Source: Alphaproteobacteria bacterium | Lineage (GTDB): Bacteria > Desulfobacterota > Binatia > UBA12015 | DNA length: 64,000 nucleotides | Reading direction: 5' to 3' | NCBI GenBank assembly: GCA_017853315.1 | Contig: JAFMJW010000003.1 | Location: 4,537 to 68,536 of the forward strand | In this document: in pieces, positions 60,656 through 64,000 of the stretch | Numbering within the stretch: position 1 is the first letter of the stretch | Layout: the number at the start of each line of letters is the position of its first letter | The notes under the pieces: model-generated | The model's input: the letters and a program-made list of their open reading frames with translations, nothing else | The model's database searches: none | What the model was told of the DNA's origin: nothing | Made by a program: the position numbers and the translations under genes

Positions 60656-61648
60656 TCACCAGCCCCGCAGATCGACTTCCCAGGACTCGAGCACGTCGTC
60701 GCCGTCCACCAGGTGCAGTCTCTCGTGGTAGGCGACGGTCGGATCGACGTGGGCCGGTCGCAGGCGGATTCGCTCGCCCACCCGCGGCGGTTTGGTCCCT
60801 GCACCCCCTGCGAAGGTCACGTGCTCGTCGGAGCAGAACCACACCTTGCACCCGTCGATCGAGGGCGGGCCGTGATCCATGCCGAGCGCCTTCAGTCCCG
60901 CGTCCGCGACCGCCCAGCCGGGCGACGTCGAGATCACCGTGGAGAGGAGGAAGAGCGCGGGACGGAAGGGCAGGCCGAGCACGTCGTAGGCCGTGTCCAT
61001 GAGCGCGTAGGAGCCGGCCTGGATCTCGGTCGCGTCGCGGTGGAGGTCCCAGGTCCCCGTGCCGCCGGCGGAGACGACCGGTCCGCCGACCTGCGCGTGG
61101 GCCTCGACGAGCGATCGCATCGAGGTCTCGACTCCGGCGCGCCGCGCCTCGGGATCCCCCAGGCCGACGACGTGGCCCTCGTATCCCATGACGCCGCGCA
61201 CGAGGAGGCCCGCTCTCCGGGCGAGGTCGGCGATCCGGCCGGCGTCGCCGGGAGCACAGCCGCAGCGCGGGAGGCCGACGTTCACGTCGACCAGCACCTC
61301 GCGGACGCCGCCTTCGGCCGCGGCCGCGATCGTCTCCGGGGAGTCGACGGCGACGGTCACGCGCGCGTCGAGCGCACCGAGCCGTCGCGCGTCGAGGACC
61401 TCGTTCGCGAGCAGGAGATCGTCGCCGAGGCCCGCGCGCGCCATGCCTTCCATCTCGCGGACGGTCGCGCAGGTGAAGCCCGCGTGGCCGCGTGCCGCCT
61501 GCAGGCGTGCGAGCGCCGTGCACTTGTGGGCCTTCACGTGGGGCCGGAGCCGTGTGCCGGGAAGCGCCCGGGACATCGTGTCGAGGTTGTGCTCGAGGGC
61601 CGGTCGCTCCACCACGAGCGCCGGGGTCGGCAGGTCGTGGAGCTTCAT
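60656..61648 (-). CDS. PLP-dependent fold-type III enzyme of the alanine-racemase-N-terminal / DSD1 family (D-serine dehydratase or D-threonine aldolase-like)
   Basis: 330 aa. LPTPALVVERPALEHNLDTM, then the PLP-lysine motif LRPHVKAHKCTALARLQ. The C-terminal beta-domain contains HVTFAGG...PAHVDPTVAYHERL. Confidence 0.8.
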   Translation of the reverse strand: MKLHDLPTPALVVERPALEHNLDTMSRALPGTRLRPHVKAHKCTALARLQAARGHAGFTCATVREMEGMARAGLGDDLLLANEVLDARRLGALDARVTVAVDSPETIAAAAEGGVREVLVDVNVGLPRCGCAPGDAGRIADLARRAGLLVRGVMGYEGHVVGLGDPEARRAGVETSMRSLVEAHAQVGGPVVSAGGTGTWDLHRDATEIQAGSYALMDTAYDVLGLPFRPALFLLSTVISTSPGWAVADAGLKALGMDHGPPSIDGCKVWFCSDEHVTFAGGAGTKPPRVGERIRLRPAHVDPTVAYHERLHLVDGDDVLESWEVDLRGW

Positions 61649-61691
61649 GCCGCGCGTCCGGCCCGCGCGGTCGCGCCGCCCGTCGCCCTGC

Positions 61692-63047
61692 TCATCGCCC
61701 CGCGATCGTCATGCGGCCGATCCGGACGGTCGGCGCTGCGACGCTCGTGCGCGGTGCGAGGTCGTCGCCGACCATCTCGATGCCTCGCAGCATGTCGAGC
61801 AGGTTGCCTGCGATCGTGACTTCCTCGACCGGGTGGACGACCTCGCCGCGCTCGATCCAGAGGCCCGATGCGCCGCGCGAGTAGTCGCCGGTCACCGGGT
61901 TCACGCCGAAGCCCGAGAGCGAGGTCACCCAGAGGCCGCGGTCGACCGAGCGCAGGATCTCCGCGGGAGGCGTCGTGCCGGCCTGGAGGTGGAAGTTCGT
62001 CGGCGAGGCGCCTGGAACGTCGCCGACCGAGCGCGCGGCGCTTCCCGTGGTGGCGAGTCCGAGGCGGGACGCGGCGTAGGTGTCGAGCAGGTAGCTTCGC
62101 AGCACGCCCGCCTCGACGACCACCGTGCGCCGGGTGGCGACGCCCTCGCCGTCGAAGGGCCGCGAAGCGAGGCCGCCGGGAAGGCGTCCGTCGTCGACCA
62201 GGGTCACCAGCGGCGAGGCGACGGCCTCGCCCAGGCGATCGAGCAGGAACGAGGTGCGCCGGTAGAGGGCGCCGCCGCACACCGCCGAGGCGACGTGGCC
62301 GACCAGGCTCGCCGCCGTCTGCGGGTCGAACACGACCGTCGCCTCCTGGGTCGGGACCGGACGTGCGCCGAGCCGCCGGAGCGCGCGCTCTGCTGCGATT
62401 CGCCCGATCGACCCGGGATCCTCCAGGCGTGCGAGCGAGCGCCGCGTGTCGAACCAGGAGCCGGACTGCATCGCGCCGTCGGCGCCCGCGACCGGGGCCG
62501 CCCAGAGCGTGTAGCCCGTGCCGCGGTACTCGCCGGCGAAGCCGCGGCTCGACGCGTAGGCGACTCTCGACGAGCGCGCGGAGAAGCCGGCCCCGTCCGA
62601 GTTCACGATGCGCGGGTCCGCGTCGAGTGCGGCCGCCTCGCAGAGCCGCGCGAGCTCGACGCGCTCCTCGGGCGAGGTGGCGAGGCCGGCGGGGTCGTCG
62701 AGCCCGAGGTCGGGCACGTCGCGCGCGAGCAGGGACGCGTCGGCCAGCGCGGAGACCGGGTCCGGGGCCACGATGCGCGCCATCCCGACGACGTCGGCGG
62801 CGAAGCGCCCGACGGCGTCGCCGTCGAGGTCCGCGGTCGAGGCCGCGGCGGAGCGGTGGTCGACGAAGCAGCGCAGCCCGAGGCGTCGCTCCCTCGACAG
62901 GACCACGTTCTCGACCTCGCGCAGCCGGACGCTCGCGGTCGACGACTCGCCCTCGACGAAGACCGCGTCGCAGTCGGTCGCCCCCGCGCGCCGCGCCGCC
63001 TCGATCGCGCGCTCGACGAGCGCGGCCCCGTCTTCCCGGGTGCTCAA
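61692..63047 (-). CDS. pmbA: Metalloprotease PmbA (TldE)
   Basis: Corresponds to the 3' 452 codons of - ORF 61692..63728. The TTG start overlaps the tldD stop. [28 protein letters not shown]..., [12 protein letters not shown]...DLGLDDP, and C-terminal [29 protein letters not shown]. Confidence 0.85.
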   Translation of the reverse strand: MSTREDGAALVERAIEAARRAGATDCDAVFVEGESSTASVRLREVENVVLSRERRLGLRCFVDHRSAAASTADLDGDAVGRFAADVVGMARIVAPDPVSALADASLLARDVPDLGLDDPAGLATSPEERVELARLCEAAALDADPRIVNSDGAGFSARSSRVAYASSRGFAGEYRGTGYTLWAAPVAGADGAMQSGSWFDTRRSLARLEDPGSIGRIAAERALRRLGARPVPTQEATVVFDPQTAASLVGHVASAVCGGALYRRTSFLLDRLGEAVASPLVTLVDDGRLPGGLASRPFDGEGVATRRTVVVEAGVLRSYLLDTYAASRLGLATTGSAARSVGDVPGASPTNFHLQAGTTPPAEILRSVDRGLWVTSLSGFGVNPVTGDYSRGASGLWIERGEVVHPVEEVTIAGNLLDMLRGIEMVGDDLAPRTSVAAPTVRIGRMTIAGR

Positions 63048-64000
63048 GCGCGCGTCCCTCCCACCGTGATGCCGTCGATCCGCAGCGTGGGCTGGCCCAC
63101 CCCGACGGGCACCGACTGCCCGTCCTTGCCGCAGGTGCCGATCCCGTCGTCGAGGCGGAGGTCGGCGCCGACCCGGCTGATCCGGGTGAGCACGTCGGGC
63201 CCGTTGCCGATCAGCGTCGCGCCCTTCACGGGACGGCCGATCTTCCCGCCCTCGAGAAGGTAGGCCTCGCTCGCCGAGAAGACGAACTTGCCGTTGGTGA
63301 TGTCGACCTGTCCGCCGCCGAAGGCGACGGCATAGAGTCCGCGGTCGACCGAGCGGATCACGTCCTCGGGTGCGTCCGTGCCGGCGAGCATGAAGGTGTT
63401 GGTCATTCGCGGCAGCGGGTAGTGCATGAAGCTCTCGCGGCGGCCGTTGCCGGTCGCGGGCACGCCCATCAGGCGCGCGTTCAGCCGGTCGTGGAGGTAG
63501 CCCACGAGCCGGCCCTTCTCGATCAGGACGTTGCGGCGGGTCGGCGTGCCCTCGTCGTCGACGTTGAGCGAGCCGCGGCGCGACGCGATCGTGCCGTCGT
63601 CGACCACGGTGCAGAGCTCCGAGGCGACGCGCTCTCCCATGAGCTTCGCGAACGCGGACGTGCCCTTGCGGTTGAAGTCGCCCTCGAGGCCGTGCCCGAC
63701 GGCTTCGTGGAGGAGGATTCCGGGCCATCCGGCTCCCAGGACGACGGTCATCGGCCCGGCCGGGGCGTCGACCGCGTCGAGATTCACGATCGCCTGCCGT
63801 GCGGCCTCGCGGGCGAAGCGGAGCGCGCGCTCCTCGTCGTCGACCAGCCAGGCGAAGGCATGCCTTCCGCCGCCGCCGGCGCTGCCCTGCTGGCGGCGGT
63901 CGCCGTCCTCGGCGATGCAGGCGACGTTCACGCGCAGCAGCGGCTGCACGTCCGCGACCAGTTCGCCCTCGGAGTTCGCCACGAGGACCAGCTTCTGCTC
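63044..64000 (-). CDS. tldD: Metalloprotease TldD (partial; the N-terminus lies beyond the window end)
   Basis: HExxxGH-type motif [24 protein letters not shown], and C-terminal [25 protein letters not shown]. Confidence 0.85.
   Translation of the reverse strand, partial: EQKLVLVANSEGELVADVQPLLRVNVACIAEDGDRRQQGSAGGGGRHAFAWLVDDEERALRFAREAARQAIVNLDAVDAPAGPMTVVLGAGWPGILLHEAVGHGLEGDFNRKGTSAFAKLMGERVASELCTVVDDGTIASRRGSLNVDDEGTPTRRNVLIEKGRLVGYLHDRLNARLMGVPATGNGRRESFMHYPLPRMTNTFMLAGTDAPEDVIRSVDRGLYAVAFGGGQVDITNGKFVFSASEAYLLEGGKIGRPVKGATLIGNGPDVLTRISRVGADLRLDDGIGTCGKDGQSVPVGVGQPTLRIDGITVGGTRA

Noticed and set aside
60603-61523. 5' extension of minus ORF 59466..61523 (685 aa)
   Set aside because: It overlaps the DSD1-family gene out of frame and is Arg/Gly/Pro-rich. 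The membrane protein is assigned from the ATG at 60602.
63048-63728. 5' extension of minus ORF 61692..63728 beyond the pmbA TTG start
   Set aside because: It overlaps the tldD coding sequence out of frame. The PmbA homology begins at the start that overlaps the tldD stop.

Overview
This is a very high-GC (roughly 70-75%) bacterial chromosomal segment. Gene order and protein sequences point to a Deltaproteobacteria/Myxococcota-type organism (Anaeromyxobacter-like); that assignment is inference. Coding density is about 95%, and many adjacent genes overlap by 4 bp (ATGA/GTGA), suggesting translational coupling. The window contains three blocks.

(1) About 1-31.7 kb, on the + strand after a partial GspC-like gene on the - strand at the left edge: lysS, then one contiguous envelope/LPS biogenesis supercluster: lolE(F-type)-lolD-bamA-skp-[fabZ-lpxA fusion]-lpxI-[Gfo/Idh/MocA oxidoreductase]-[sphingosine-1-phosphate-lyase-family PLP enzyme]-lpxB-msbA-DUF374-hypothetical-kdtA-lpxK-epimerase-trm112-like-heptosyltransferase-hypothetical-Kdo kinase-[LPS kinase/GT2 fusion]-GT4-hldE kinase domain. 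This is followed by yicC, gmk, rel, ridA and rpmB, and then the separated hldE adenylyltransferase domain on the - strand.

(2) About 31.8-57.9 kb, + strand housekeeping genes: mutL, miaA, accA, pheA, tyrA-aroA fusion, cmk, rpsA, sppA, ihfB, a ChlI-like AAA+ ATPase with a vWA partner, mutS, an AMIN-domain amidase with a Pro/Thr/Trp repeat linker, glnD, xerD, trpS, scpA, scpB, rluB.

(3) About 57.9-64 kb, a - strand operon: tldD(partial)-pmbA-DSD1-family PLP enzyme-MprF-TM-like flippase-FGGY sugar kinase.

No rRNA, tRNA, CRISPR array, IS element or prophage signature was recognised by eye. The ORF track contains many very long antisense or alternate-frame ORFs (up to 1982 aa); these are GC-composition artefacts and were rejected.

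The most unusual features are the SPL-family PLP enzyme plus GnnA-like oxidoreductase wedged between lpxI and lpxB, the in-frame FabZ-LpxA fusion, a BamA with a lipoprotein-type signal peptide, the LPS-kinase/GT2 fusion, and the ChlI-like ATPase/vWA pair. All functional assignments rest on remembered family motifs, not on database searches.
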